This document shows, in pieces, positions 1 to 7,848 of a DNA stretch of 13,304 nt. Positions within the stretch are counted from its first letter, which is position 1. Each line of letters starts with the position of its first letter. The notes under the pieces were generated by a model. It did not search any database and had not been told where the DNA came from. It worked only from the letters and a program-made list of their open reading frames with translations. The translations under genes and the position numbers were made by a program. The stretch is from Chthonomonadales bacterium (GTDB lineage Bacteria; Armatimonadota; Chthonomonadetes; Chthonomonadales; Chthonomonadaceae), in NCBI GenBank assembly GCA_038217285.1, contig JBBQPO010000169.1:1-13304 (forward strand), in the 5' to 3' direction.

Positions 1-224
1 CCGGCGGAAGGGCGACTGTCAAGAAATTTCATGCCATCTCCTGCTCCGGTTCCCATACTGTCGAACGGGCAGCAGACGACACAATTGCACTGATTTCCTG
101 GTGGCTTGTTCCCGCACTGTAGCAGGGCAGTAGAAGGAAGATAAAGAATCAGATGGCCTGCCAAACGCTGCGCCAGTCGCGCGGTGGCAGTAAGATTCTG
201 AACAGGCAATGATGCGAGCCTCAA
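1..224 (-). CDS. Continuation of the C39-domain protein in the -1 frame (or a coupled downstream gene starting at TTG 224); runs off the window; probable lead-in to an RHS/YD-repeat region
   Basis: Translated by hand; not in the ORF track. The frame is open from about 305 to the window edge: ...PKPQLRLASLPVQNLTATARLAQRLAGHLILYLPSTALLQCGNKPPGNQCNCVVCCPFDSMGTGAGDGMKFLDSRPSAG. TTG (224-222) overlaps the upstream TGA (223-221). A Cys-rich linker ending in PSAG resembles what precedes the DPVN motif of RHS proteins (inference; the motif itself would lie outside the window). Confidence 0.5.
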   Translation of the reverse strand, partial: MRLASLPVQNLTATARLAQRLAGHLILYLPSTALLQCGNKPPGNQCNCVVCCPFDSMGTGAGDGMKFLDSRPSA

Positions 225-1468
225 TTGGGGTTTTGGGGCACCTGTGCGATAGCAGGCGTTTTTGAAATCTGTCGCAGCGAAATTTGTAACGCCTGTGCGG
301 CCGAGCTACTGGGTAGACAGACGGCAAGGTACGGCCCGGCCTCCATCGCTTTCCATTGCTTCCAGGTCACCTTGCGCTCGCCTCCGGGCCACAGGCCGCA
401 GTCCGAGCACAGATAGGTAACGCCATGAACATCGGCATGCGTCAGCGCGACAAAGTGATCGTGCTCCACAAAAGCTACCAGCGGAGAATTGAGAGTCTGC
501 AATCCGATTGGGTCGGCCTGAAAGGCGATCGACGTGAGTTTGAGTTTGGTGGCGGCCTGTATAACGTCTGCGAGGCTGCTGCCTTCTCCCGTCACCCGGC
601 AGAGGGGACGCACGGCCTTTTTGTCATAGGGCAGATGCAGTCCGCGCAGACACGCGGCCAGGGCTTCGACGCCGCACAGAGGGTCCAGACGCAGGGGTTC
701 GGTGATCCCCATTTTCGAGCGCTCGGCGTGATAGCCCGCGCAGGCGGAAGCATGCCGCAGGAAGAGGGCGGTTTCGCGTCGGTCGACGCCGAGCAAGGAT
801 TTGTGTGAGGTGAGGAGCGTGTGCAGAGTTGCGGCTGACTGGGCATACTGTCCAGAGTAGAACAGTCCGAAACCTATGTCGCGCCGGGCAGTCATTATGA
901 CCGCTTCGGCAATTGCCTTCCCCCGTGCAGACTGCGCGTGCCTGCGCACGGCTCGGCTCTTCGCCACTTGCACCGCTCTTGCAAATTGAATGGCGGAAGT
1001 GAAGTGCGCGATGGCGTCCAGCGGCTCCTCGTCCTTTGCCAGTCTTGCTTCACCCAGCGACAGTTGCAGGCGAGCAGACTGAATAGCAGAGAGTTTGGGG
1101 TTCGCGCTCGGACGCAATCGGTTCTGCCACTGTGCGATCTGACCCTGGGCGAGACTGCCTTTGAGGTGCCCAATGTTGTCGAGAAGCGAAACGTTGTCTG
1201 TTACCAGGCGGTGTTTGGCAGCGGCCTGAAGTTTGTGCGCTTCCTGTGGGGAGAGGGGCCGCAAGTTCTCGCGTAGGGACTTCGGGGGCGGAATGGGATA
1301 ATGAATCGGGGAGACCGGCGGCCGGGAGAGCTTCGTACGGCTCACAGCGGCTTCGTCTGACAATACCCGCGAGGGTAGAGCCAACACAAATGTTCCGGCG
1401 AAACAGAGTGCGCTGAGACCGGCAATAAACCGAACCCGGCGGGGAGCATAACTGTTGTTCCTAGACAT
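221..1468 (-). CDS. Secreted protein with TPR-like helical region and peptidase C39 (cysteine peptidase) domain
   Basis: ATG at 1468 follows AGAAGGG. The N-terminus is a basic then hydrophobic signal peptide (RRVRFIAGLSALCFAGTFVLALP). TPR-like helices include ARRDIGFGLFYSGQYAQSAATL. C39 catalytic motifs are DPLCGVEAL (Cys), VEHDHFVAL (His) and YLCSD (Asp), plus the GSSLADVIQAA helix typical of C39. Confidence 0.8.
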   Translation of the reverse strand: MSRNNSYAPRRVRFIAGLSALCFAGTFVLALPSRVLSDEAAVSRTKLSRPPVSPIHYPIPPPKSLRENLRPLSPQEAHKLQAAAKHRLVTDNVSLLDNIGHLKGSLAQGQIAQWQNRLRPSANPKLSAIQSARLQLSLGEARLAKDEEPLDAIAHFTSAIQFARAVQVAKSRAVRRHAQSARGKAIAEAVIMTARRDIGFGLFYSGQYAQSAATLHTLLTSHKSLLGVDRRETALFLRHASACAGYHAERSKMGITEPLRLDPLCGVEALAACLRGLHLPYDKKAVRPLCRVTGEGSSLADVIQAATKLKLTSIAFQADPIGLQTLNSPLVAFVEHDHFVALTHADVHGVTYLCSDCGLWPGGERKVTWKQWKAMEAGPYLAVCLPSSSAAQALQISLRQISKTPAIAQVPQNPN

Positions 1469-1589
1469 AATCAACCCTTCTTCGGATCGTATGCAAAACA
1501 GTGAACACTCGATAAACTGCGCTCATTTTTCTGTGTTTATTCAGTTTTTCAAAAGATTGCGAAAATGTTGTCTACATACTTTGAATTCA

Positions 1590-1617
1590 TTGACAAGCAT
1601 CGCAACCGTTCTATGAT
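1590..1617 (+). promoter_or_regulatory. Sigma70-type promoter on the plus strand, facing the minus-strand promoter
   Basis: TTGACA (1590-1595), N16, TATGAT (1612-1617), in an AT-rich intergenic stretch. Confidence 0.4.
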
Positions 1618-1620
1618 TGC

Positions 1621-1649
1621 AGTATAACCGAGAATTGATCAATTGCCAA
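1621..1649 (-). promoter_or_regulatory. Sigma70-type promoter for the C39 gene, with a 12-bp palindrome in the spacer
   Basis: The minus strand reads TTGGCA (1649-1644), N17, TATACT (1626-1621). The perfect palindrome AATTGATCAATT lies at 1633-1644. Confidence 0.6.
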
Positions 1650-2065
1650 CAATTTTTTTATCGTTTTGATTCGATGATAATCCGGCTTGAGATGACGTTG
1701 CTGAACTGCGTTTTTCCTGCATAATCGGTTACGTTCGTTTTGGTGCCCTCTAGCGGGCTTTGGAGGGGACATGCCCAGGATTTGTAGGCGTCCTTGTCGC
1801 CGCTGTTTGCGGAAGTCCAAAAGAATAACAGAGTAATGTCTTCTCGACGTGCAAGCACGGGCGCTGGAGGGACGCGAGTATGTCACAATAGTGTTTGCGG
1901 GTGTGGCTCGCGGTGGTTCTCTTTGTTTTCCGGTCGAAACTACGGTGCCCGAGGGGATAGTCTTCTTTCAAAATGTGCAGGGTCGTGAAACGTAGGTTGA
2001 GAGTAGAATCAGGCCGGCAACGACATGTTGTCTCTGCTTCAGAAAAGAGATAGTGAAACGTACTA

Positions 2066-3154
2066 ATGGCTCCGTCTCAGACACTGGAACAGGTGAGCAG
2101 TGGTCGGGAAAACAATCTCGATTTCCTGCGCTTTGCGCTGGCAACTCTCGTCGTGTTCTCCCATAGCTTCGCGTTGCCGGGCTACGCGGCCCTCGAACCG
2201 CTTCGCCGTCTCACCAGAGGGCAAATCGATGGCGGCTCGTTGGCCGTCGATTTCTTTTTTATCATCAGTGGATTTCTGGTCACACAGAGTTGGCAGCGCA
2301 GCAAGGGGGTGGGCGACTATCTCAAAAAGCGGGTGTTGCGTATCTATCCCGGCTTTCTTGTGACGGTGGCACTGTGTGGGCTGGTCGTGGGACCGTTGGG
2401 AGCCGACAGCTTTGCCGCCTACTGGCACACATTTCATCCGGTACGCTTTCTGTACAACACGGCCCAACTGCAGTTCGTGCTGCCGCCTGTGTTCACGCAT
2501 CTTGCCTATCACAGCGCCAACGGATCCCTGTGGACGATCCGCAATGAGTTTCTGTGCTATCTGATGGTGGCCGTCTTCGGCTTGCTGGGCCTGTATCGCT
2601 TTCGGATCGTCCTTCTGGGACTGTTCGGCGCGACGCTGTTGCTGTACATGCGCGAGGTCTATGGACATATCCCGTTCTGTCGCGGTATTGTCTTCCCCGT
2701 GATCGGGCAGTTGGATATGTGGCCTCGCTATCTGACGCAGTATCTGGCGGGCATGTGCTTCTATCTCTATCAGGATCGCATTCCTTATGCCCCGCGCTGG
2801 ATCGGGATAGGGGCGGTCATCGTGGCGACTGCATGCTTCCTGCCGGTGCTTGCGGCGGTGTTGCCGCTCTGCGGAGCGTACCTGCTGTTTGCCTTCGCGT
2901 TCCGTCGCAAGCCGGATTTGCACCATTTCGCGGAACGGGGCGATCTCTCCTACGGCATCTACCTCTATGCCTTTCCCATCCAGCAACTGCTTTTGTTGTT
3001 TGTCGCTCCACACATGGCTCCACTGCTGCTATTTGGGCTGGCGTTCCCGCTTACCGCGTTGGCGGCCTGGGCAAGCTGGCATCTCATAGAAAAACCCTGC
3101 CTACGCTTCAAAACCACGACAGCTCCGCAGCGTGTCGCTGTCGAGCAAAAGTGA
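2066..3154 (+). CDS. Acyltransferase family 3 (OafA/YrhL-like) integral membrane O-acyltransferase, no SGNH domain
   Basis: Motifs RENNLDFLRFALA-LVVFSH, GSLAVDFFFIISGFLVTQS, KRVLRIYPG, NGSLWTI-NEF-CY, GDLSYGIYLYAFPIQQ and SWHLIEKP; about 10 hydrophobic segments; 362 aa. Confidence 0.93.
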   Translation: MAPSQTLEQVSSGRENNLDFLRFALATLVVFSHSFALPGYAALEPLRRLTRGQIDGGSLAVDFFFIISGFLVTQSWQRSKGVGDYLKKRVLRIYPGFLVTVALCGLVVGPLGADSFAAYWHTFHPVRFLYNTAQLQFVLPPVFTHLAYHSANGSLWTIRNEFLCYLMVAVFGLLGLYRFRIVLLGLFGATLLLYMREVYGHIPFCRGIVFPVIGQLDMWPRYLTQYLAGMCFYLYQDRIPYAPRWIGIGAVIVATACFLPVLAAVLPLCGAYLLFAFAFRRKPDLHHFAERGDLSYGIYLYAFPIQQLLLLFVAPHMAPLLLFGLAFPLTALAAWASWHLIEKPCLRFKTTTAPQRVAVEQK

Positions 3155-3239
3155 GGCTGAAGCGCCTGACCAGCCAGCATGAGCGGCATTTTAGCCCACG
3201 TCCGAGGATCACCCCGAAGTCCTCACAGGCACTCTGCTG

Positions 3240-3387
3240 CGTGAATCTTCTGGAGGGGCGCACACTCTGCTATAATGTTAGCGGGAGCCGCGCGCCTGGA
3301 AAGACGGCGCCTACAGCCACTGGGACTGCCCGTCAACCACGGGGGCCTGTCGTAAGGCGACTGCCCTCTCGGTGATGCGAACACCAA
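3240..3387 (+). repeat. Copy 1 of a diverged ~150-bp promoter/5' leader repeat (inverted copy at 8720-8869)
   Basis: Hand alignment of 3257-3354 to the reverse complement of 8851-8754 gives 80/98 identities with no gaps. Similarity continues on both sides with single-base gaps. Confidence 0.9.
3268..3276 (+). promoter_or_regulatory. Extended -10 promoter TGcTATAAT upstream of the beta-propeller/phosphoesterase gene
   Basis: Perfect TGnTATAAT; conserved as TGcTACAAT in the second repeat copy. Confidence 0.75.
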
Positions 3388-3434
3388 TCCATCAACTTTA
3401 CCAGCAAGAAGGACCATCCGTATTCGGAGTCGCT

Positions 3435-6038
3435 ATGAATCGTCTTGAATCGACAACGCCTCGGTCGCGCCGCGCCATCGGAAAACGCAGGATCCTGACT
3501 CTGTTCACGCTCTTGCTCGGTATCGCTGGGCTGGCCTATGCCCGAGACCAGAAGAGCGATCTCCACCTGGGCAAGCAGGCGGACGGCAGCTTCCTTGTCT
3601 CGACGGAACAGCGGATCGAACCGGGAGCGATCGCTTTCGACGGTCGCCCCATCGACATGGCCCTGCATCCGACGAAACTGCTTCTAGCGGTTCTGAACCA
3701 GCACAGCGTGCTACTGATCTCGCCGAAAGGCGTCGTGCCCGATTCCAGTGTATTCTTACGGCACGGGGCGGGATTTCGAGGCGCTCTCTGGTCACCGGAC
3801 GGCAGTCGGCTGTTCGTCAGTGAGGCAGACGGATGGGTCCAGGAACTGGACCTTCAGGGCACACAACTCGTGCTCGGGCCTACTCTCCCTGTGGCGCCGC
3901 CGGGAGCGAAGGGTAATCCACGTCCGGGCGGCATGGCCATCACCCAGAACGGCGCTCGCCTGTTCGTCGCGGTAGCCGACCGCAACGCCGTGGCCGAGAT
4001 CGATCTGGTCACGAATCTCTGGGTGCGCGAATATCCCGTTCAGAACCTGCCGTTCTCGGTGAAATTGAGCCAGGACGAAAAGACCCTGATCGCGACCAAC
4101 TGGGGCGGACGGGAGGTCACCGACGACGACGATCAGGCGGAGAGCGGCAGGGCCACGATCGTCGTGGACCCGCGAGGGGCCGCCGCCTCGGGAACGGTCT
4201 GCCTCATCCGACGCGACAGCGGGAAGACGAAATGCCTGAAGGTCGGGCTTCATCCCACCGCCATCGCGATCCAGGACGACCGCGCCTTCATCACGAACTC
4301 CGCGAGCGACAGTCTGACAGAGATCGATTTGACGGAGCGGAGAGTGGTGCGCACGATCCCACTTCACTGGGGCGCGATGCATCTTTTTGGCAGCATGCCC
4401 TGCGCGTTGGCAATTCGCGACGGGATCGCCTATGTCTGCAACGGCGGGGACAACGCCGTCTGCGAAGTAGACCTGACGGAAGGCCGTGTGCGTGGATTTC
4501 GACCTGCCGGCTACTTCCCAGTAGCCATAGCGCTAAGCAAAAACAGTCGCTTCGCGTTTGTGCTGAACACCAAGGGCAACGGCTCCGTCCGCCGAACGAG
4601 TATTGGTAAGCCAGGCAACGCACACGATTTTCAGGGGACCGTCTCTGTCGTGGATCTGTCGGTGGATCTGAAAGCCGCGACCGCAAAGGTCGCCGCCGAC
4701 AACGGCTGGAATCGGGATCGGAGCGCGCTGCATCCGCGTCTGGCGGTCTACCACGGCGCGATACAGCATGTGCTCTATATCATCAAAGAGAACCGAACCT
4801 ACGACGAAGTGTTCGGGGATCTACCCCAGGGCAACGGCGACCCGAAACTATGCCATCTCGGGGAGAAGTACACTCCCAACCATCATGCCATCGCCCGGCA
4901 GTTCACGCTGTTCGACAACGCCTATGTCGCCGGAACCAACAGCACCGATGGGCATCAATGGTGTACCCAGGCTATGGCGAACGACTATATAGAGCATTTT
5001 TATACCGGCTACCGGACCTATCCATTCGGGGGCGACTGCGCTATGGCGATCTCCAGCGGTGGGTGCCTGTGGGATGCGGCGCTGAAGAAGAAGCGGACAT
5101 TCCGGGACTATGGGGAGTTCTGCGACTCTCATCTGGCCTCTTTCACGCCGAGCGTGAACACCTGGCTGGAGGTCTGGAACGACCGGATGAGCGGCCGACA
5201 TGCCATCGAGCCTCGCTGCGGGACACGGATCGCCGGCCTCCGCCCCTATCTCTGTCGGCGGGTCGTGCAGTGGCCCCTGCTGCAGAGCGACCAGGCGCGT
5301 GCCGACGTCTTTATCGGGGAGTACGAAAAATTTAGCCAGTCGGATACGGTGCCGAATCTGATGATCCTCACCCTGCCCTGCGACCACACGGAAGGGCGCA
5401 ACCCGAACTATCCCAAGCCCCAGTCGATGATCGCGGACAACGATCTGGCCCTTGGGCGTGTTGTGGAGGCGGTATCGCGTAGTCCCCAGTGGAAGAACAC
5501 CTGTATATTTGTGATCGAAGACGATGCGCAGTTCGGCCTGGATCATGTGGATGGCCATCGGACCGTCTACTTCGCCCTCAGCCCCTACACACGCCGGAAA
5601 TATGTCGATCACGAGCTGGCCAATACGGTTTCGATGGTGCGCTCGATCGAGATGATGCTGGGACTCGACCCGATGAACCGCTTTGATGCGCTCACCCCTC
5701 CACTCGCCAACTGCTTCACGGACAGTCCGGATCTTTCGCCGTACACCACGGTTCCCAATAACGTTCCGCTGGATCAGATGAACCGTTCGCTCCGCCATCT
5801 GCACGGCAGTGCGCGCCTCTGGACGCAACGGTCGTTGGCGCTCGACTGGAGCGGGCTCGACCGCGCGGATCCGCAGAAGCTCAACGAGATCGTCAACTAT
5901 ACACTGCGCGACCAGGAGAGTGCGTACCTCGCGCGGGGAGGGGCTTCAAACGCCGGTCGTGAAAAGCCGGGACCGCTTACGCGCGGCGCGGCGCGGCAAG
6001 CCGGGTGTCGAGGGGTGCCGACCTTGCAGTGCCCGTAA
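3435..6038 (+). CDS. Secreted YVTN/YncE-type beta-propeller + phosphoesterase (alkaline phosphatase superfamily) bifunctional protein
   Basis: ATG 3435 follows GGAG (3426-3429). Signal peptide RRILTLFTLLLGIAGLAYA. Propeller repeats: WSPDGSRLFV, VGLHPTAIAI, AFITNSASDSLTEIDL, AYVCNGGDNAVCEVDL. Phosphoesterase motifs: HVLYIIKENRTYDEVFGD, STDGHQW, DHT, EDDAQ-G-DHVDGHR. Confidence 0.9.
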   Translation: MNRLESTTPRSRRAIGKRRILTLFTLLLGIAGLAYARDQKSDLHLGKQADGSFLVSTEQRIEPGAIAFDGRPIDMALHPTKLLLAVLNQHSVLLISPKGVVPDSSVFLRHGAGFRGALWSPDGSRLFVSEADGWVQELDLQGTQLVLGPTLPVAPPGAKGNPRPGGMAITQNGARLFVAVADRNAVAEIDLVTNLWVREYPVQNLPFSVKLSQDEKTLIATNWGGREVTDDDDQAESGRATIVVDPRGAAASGTVCLIRRDSGKTKCLKVGLHPTAIAIQDDRAFITNSASDSLTEIDLTERRVVRTIPLHWGAMHLFGSMPCALAIRDGIAYVCNGGDNAVCEVDLTEGRVRGFRPAGYFPVAIALSKNSRFAFVLNTKGNGSVRRTSIGKPGNAHDFQGTVSVVDLSVDLKAATAKVAADNGWNRDRSALHPRLAVYHGAIQHVLYIIKENRTYDEVFGDLPQGNGDPKLCHLGEKYTPNHHAIARQFTLFDNAYVAGTNSTDGHQWCTQAMANDYIEHFYTGYRTYPFGGDCAMAISSGGCLWDAALKKKRTFRDYGEFCDSHLASFTPSVNTWLEVWNDRMSGRHAIEPRCGTRIAGLRPYLCRRVVQWPLLQSDQARADVFIGEYEKFSQSDTVPNLMILTLPCDHTEGRNPNYPKPQSMIADNDLALGRVVEAVSRSPQWKNTCIFVIEDDAQFGLDHVDGHRTVYFALSPYTRRKYVDHELANTVSMVRSIEMMLGLDPMNRFDALTPPLANCFTDSPDLSPYTTVPNNVPLDQMNRSLRHLHGSARLWTQRSLALDWSGLDRADPQKLNEIVNYTLRDQESAYLARGGASNAGREKPGPLTRGAARQAGCRGVPTLQCP

Positions 6039-6147
6039 CTCTTCCTCGCTGAACGGCTTCAGCGCATGCCACCCATACTGTTGGAGGATCATAGCATTGA
6101 GTTCCAAGCTTTACAATTCGGATACTGGGGAGAAGCCGGAGGCAGTC

Positions 6148-7848
6148 GTGCCGCCGCATTCTGATAAAAAGCGCAGGGTTCTTGCCATTCATCCCCTGTT
6201 CTTCGCGGCTTTTCCCCTTCTGGCGCTTTACGCACAGAACGTCGGCCAAATACCGTTCCATGAGGTCCTCCGGCCGCTCGGGATGGCGTTGCTGGGAACG
6301 ATGGCGGTCTGGCTCGTCTTCCTGCTGCTTACCCGACATGTGCGGAAGGCGGCTCTTGCCGCTTCCGTCGTCGTCCTTCTATTTTTTTCGTATGGGCATA
6401 TTGTTAACCTGCTGCCGCAGGGGCTCCAGAGCCTCGTTATGCCAGCCTCCGTCCTCGTACTGGCCGCTCTGCTTTTCATTATCTTGAGGGGACGGAAGCC
6501 TCTCTACGATGTGACGGCCGTCCTGAATCTGGTTGCTGTCGTTCTCCTCATTCCGTCCTGTTGGACCATCGTGAGCGGTCTCGACAGCAATGCACGGTCG
6601 CTGCACGAGGCTAAACATTCGGAACTCGATGAGTTCGTTCCGGGAGTTCGCGCCGTAGCGACGATCAATCGCCATCTCTCCGACGCCCCAAAAGATGTTC
6701 CGGATGTCTATTATATCATTCTGGACGCTTACGGCCGGGCGGATCGACTGCGCACGTATTACGGGTACGATAACACTCCCTTTATCGATGCTCTGAAGAA
6801 ACGCGGCTTCTATCTCCCCAGTCATAGCGAGCCAAACTATAATCAGACGCCTCTCTGTCTGTCAAGCGCCCTCAGCATGAACTACCTGGTGGATCGTCCC
6901 GGAAAACGCCTGAGCCCGGAAGTGGTACGGCAAATGGTAGATGACAATGCAGTGGCGGCTTGCCTACGCAAGCAGGGATATCACTACGTCGTCGTCTGGT
7001 CCGGACTGGAAGTATCGCGAGTCACAACGGCGGATCTGGTGTTCAACAACTCGCCCGATCTCTCGATCCTCGAAAGCGAGTGGATCAGCCGGACGCCGAT
7101 CGGCACGCTGGCTTCGCACCGGAAGGCCCGCTACAATCGGCACCGCCTCCGTATTCTCGGCGGTTTCAGCGGTCTGGAAGATGCGGCCAGTCTGCCCTAC
7201 CCGAAATTTGTCTTCACGCACATTCTGGCCCCGCATCCCCCTTTTGTCTTCGGCGCAAACGGGGAACCACACGATCCGGTAGGCACGCTGAATCTCTCGG
7301 ATGCGTCGGATCTACTCAAACTCATTACCAAGGACGAGTACCGCCGCGGTTACATCGCCCAACTCCAGTATGTCAACAAGCGTACCCTCGAAGCCATCGA
7401 CATGATCCTGCGAAAGTCCCGCCACCGACCGATCATCATCGTGCAGGGAGATCATGGTTCCCGCATGAGCCTGAACTGGGAGAGCCTGGCCCAGACAGAT
7501 TTACGGGAACCGTTTTCGAACCTCAATGCCTACTACGTACCCGATAAGGTGCGCCGTGATCTCTGGGACACGATCACTCCCGTCAACTCGTTCCGCGTCG
7601 TGCTCAACGATGTCTTCGGTGAGAAATATCCGCGTCTGCCGGATCGCAACTTCTACTCTACCGAGAGCCATCCCTTCGACTTTATAGAAGTGACCGATCA
7701 ACTCGCCCGAATAGCGAGTACGTCGGATCGGATGCACTCCGCCACTGGCGCGGGCGGGCAAAACGATGGAGAAGCACCTCCTAAGAGCACGCCAAGGCGT
7801 GTCGATTCGATCCGGTTTGGAGGGGCGTCGAATACGGGGGATCCCTAG
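6148..7848 (+). CDS. Membrane-anchored sulfatase-like / LtaS-EptA-like (alkaline phosphatase superfamily) transferase
   Basis: GTG 6148 follows GGAGG (6138-6142); the ORF-track start at 5809 overlaps the upstream gene. About five N-terminal TM helices precede PDVYYIILDAY, NYNQTPLCLSS (Thr at the nucleophile position; no CxPxR), FVFTHILAPHPPF and IIIVQGDHG. Confidence 0.85.
   Translation: MPPHSDKKRRVLAIHPLFFAAFPLLALYAQNVGQIPFHEVLRPLGMALLGTMAVWLVFLLLTRHVRKAALAASVVVLLFFSYGHIVNLLPQGLQSLVMPASVLVLAALLFIILRGRKPLYDVTAVLNLVAVVLLIPSCWTIVSGLDSNARSLHEAKHSELDEFVPGVRAVATINRHLSDAPKDVPDVYYIILDAYGRADRLRTYYGYDNTPFIDALKKRGFYLPSHSEPNYNQTPLCLSSALSMNYLVDRPGKRLSPEVVRQMVDDNAVAACLRKQGYHYVVVWSGLEVSRVTTADLVFNNSPDLSILESEWISRTPIGTLASHRKARYNRHRLRILGGFSGLEDAASLPYPKFVFTHILAPHPPFVFGANGEPHDPVGTLNLSDASDLLKLITKDEYRRGYIAQLQYVNKRTLEAIDMILRKSRHRPIIIVQGDHGSRMSLNWESLAQTDLREPFSNLNAYYVPDKVRRDLWDTITPVNSFRVVLNDVFGEKYPRLPDRNFYSTESHPFDFIEVTDQLARIASTSDRMHSATGAGGQNDGEAPPKSTPRRVDSIRFGGASNTGDP

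Noticed and set aside
221-224. TGA read-through or selenocysteine in the C39 gene
   Set aside because: The same frame hits another TGA 24 codons later, so read-through gives no meaningful extension.
19-327. 102-aa minus-strand ORF
   Set aside because: It overlaps the C39 gene and has no motif or RBS; the third frame (1-224) is the more plausible continuation.
1611-1988. Short ORFs in the intergenic region (1611-1886, 1658-1858, 1750-1971, 1794-1988)
   Set aside because: They overlap each other, have no recognisable motifs or convincing RBS, and overlap predicted promoters.
3155-3225. Hairpins GGCTG...CAGCC and GAGGA...TCCTC after the acyltransferase as terminators
   Set aside because: 5-bp stems with 11-nt loops and no adjacent U-tract.
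3281-3387. Assigning the repeated leader to a known riboswitch (c-di-GMP-I/II) or ops/JUMPstart
   Set aside because: The GGCAAA...GGACGCAAAGC and GGGCACUU...GUGCAA signatures are absent. GGTAGCG occurs only in copy 2 and lacks the full GGCGGTAG.
2063-5828. Long antisense or alternate-frame ORFs (2063-3013, 2554-3375, 3792-4382, 4848-5828)
   Set aside because: Shadows of well-supported genes in GC-rich DNA.
5809-6147. N-terminal extension of the sulfatase-like ORF
   Set aside because: It overlaps the phosphoesterase gene by 230 bp and is not protein-like; GGAGG + GTG at 6148 is a better start.
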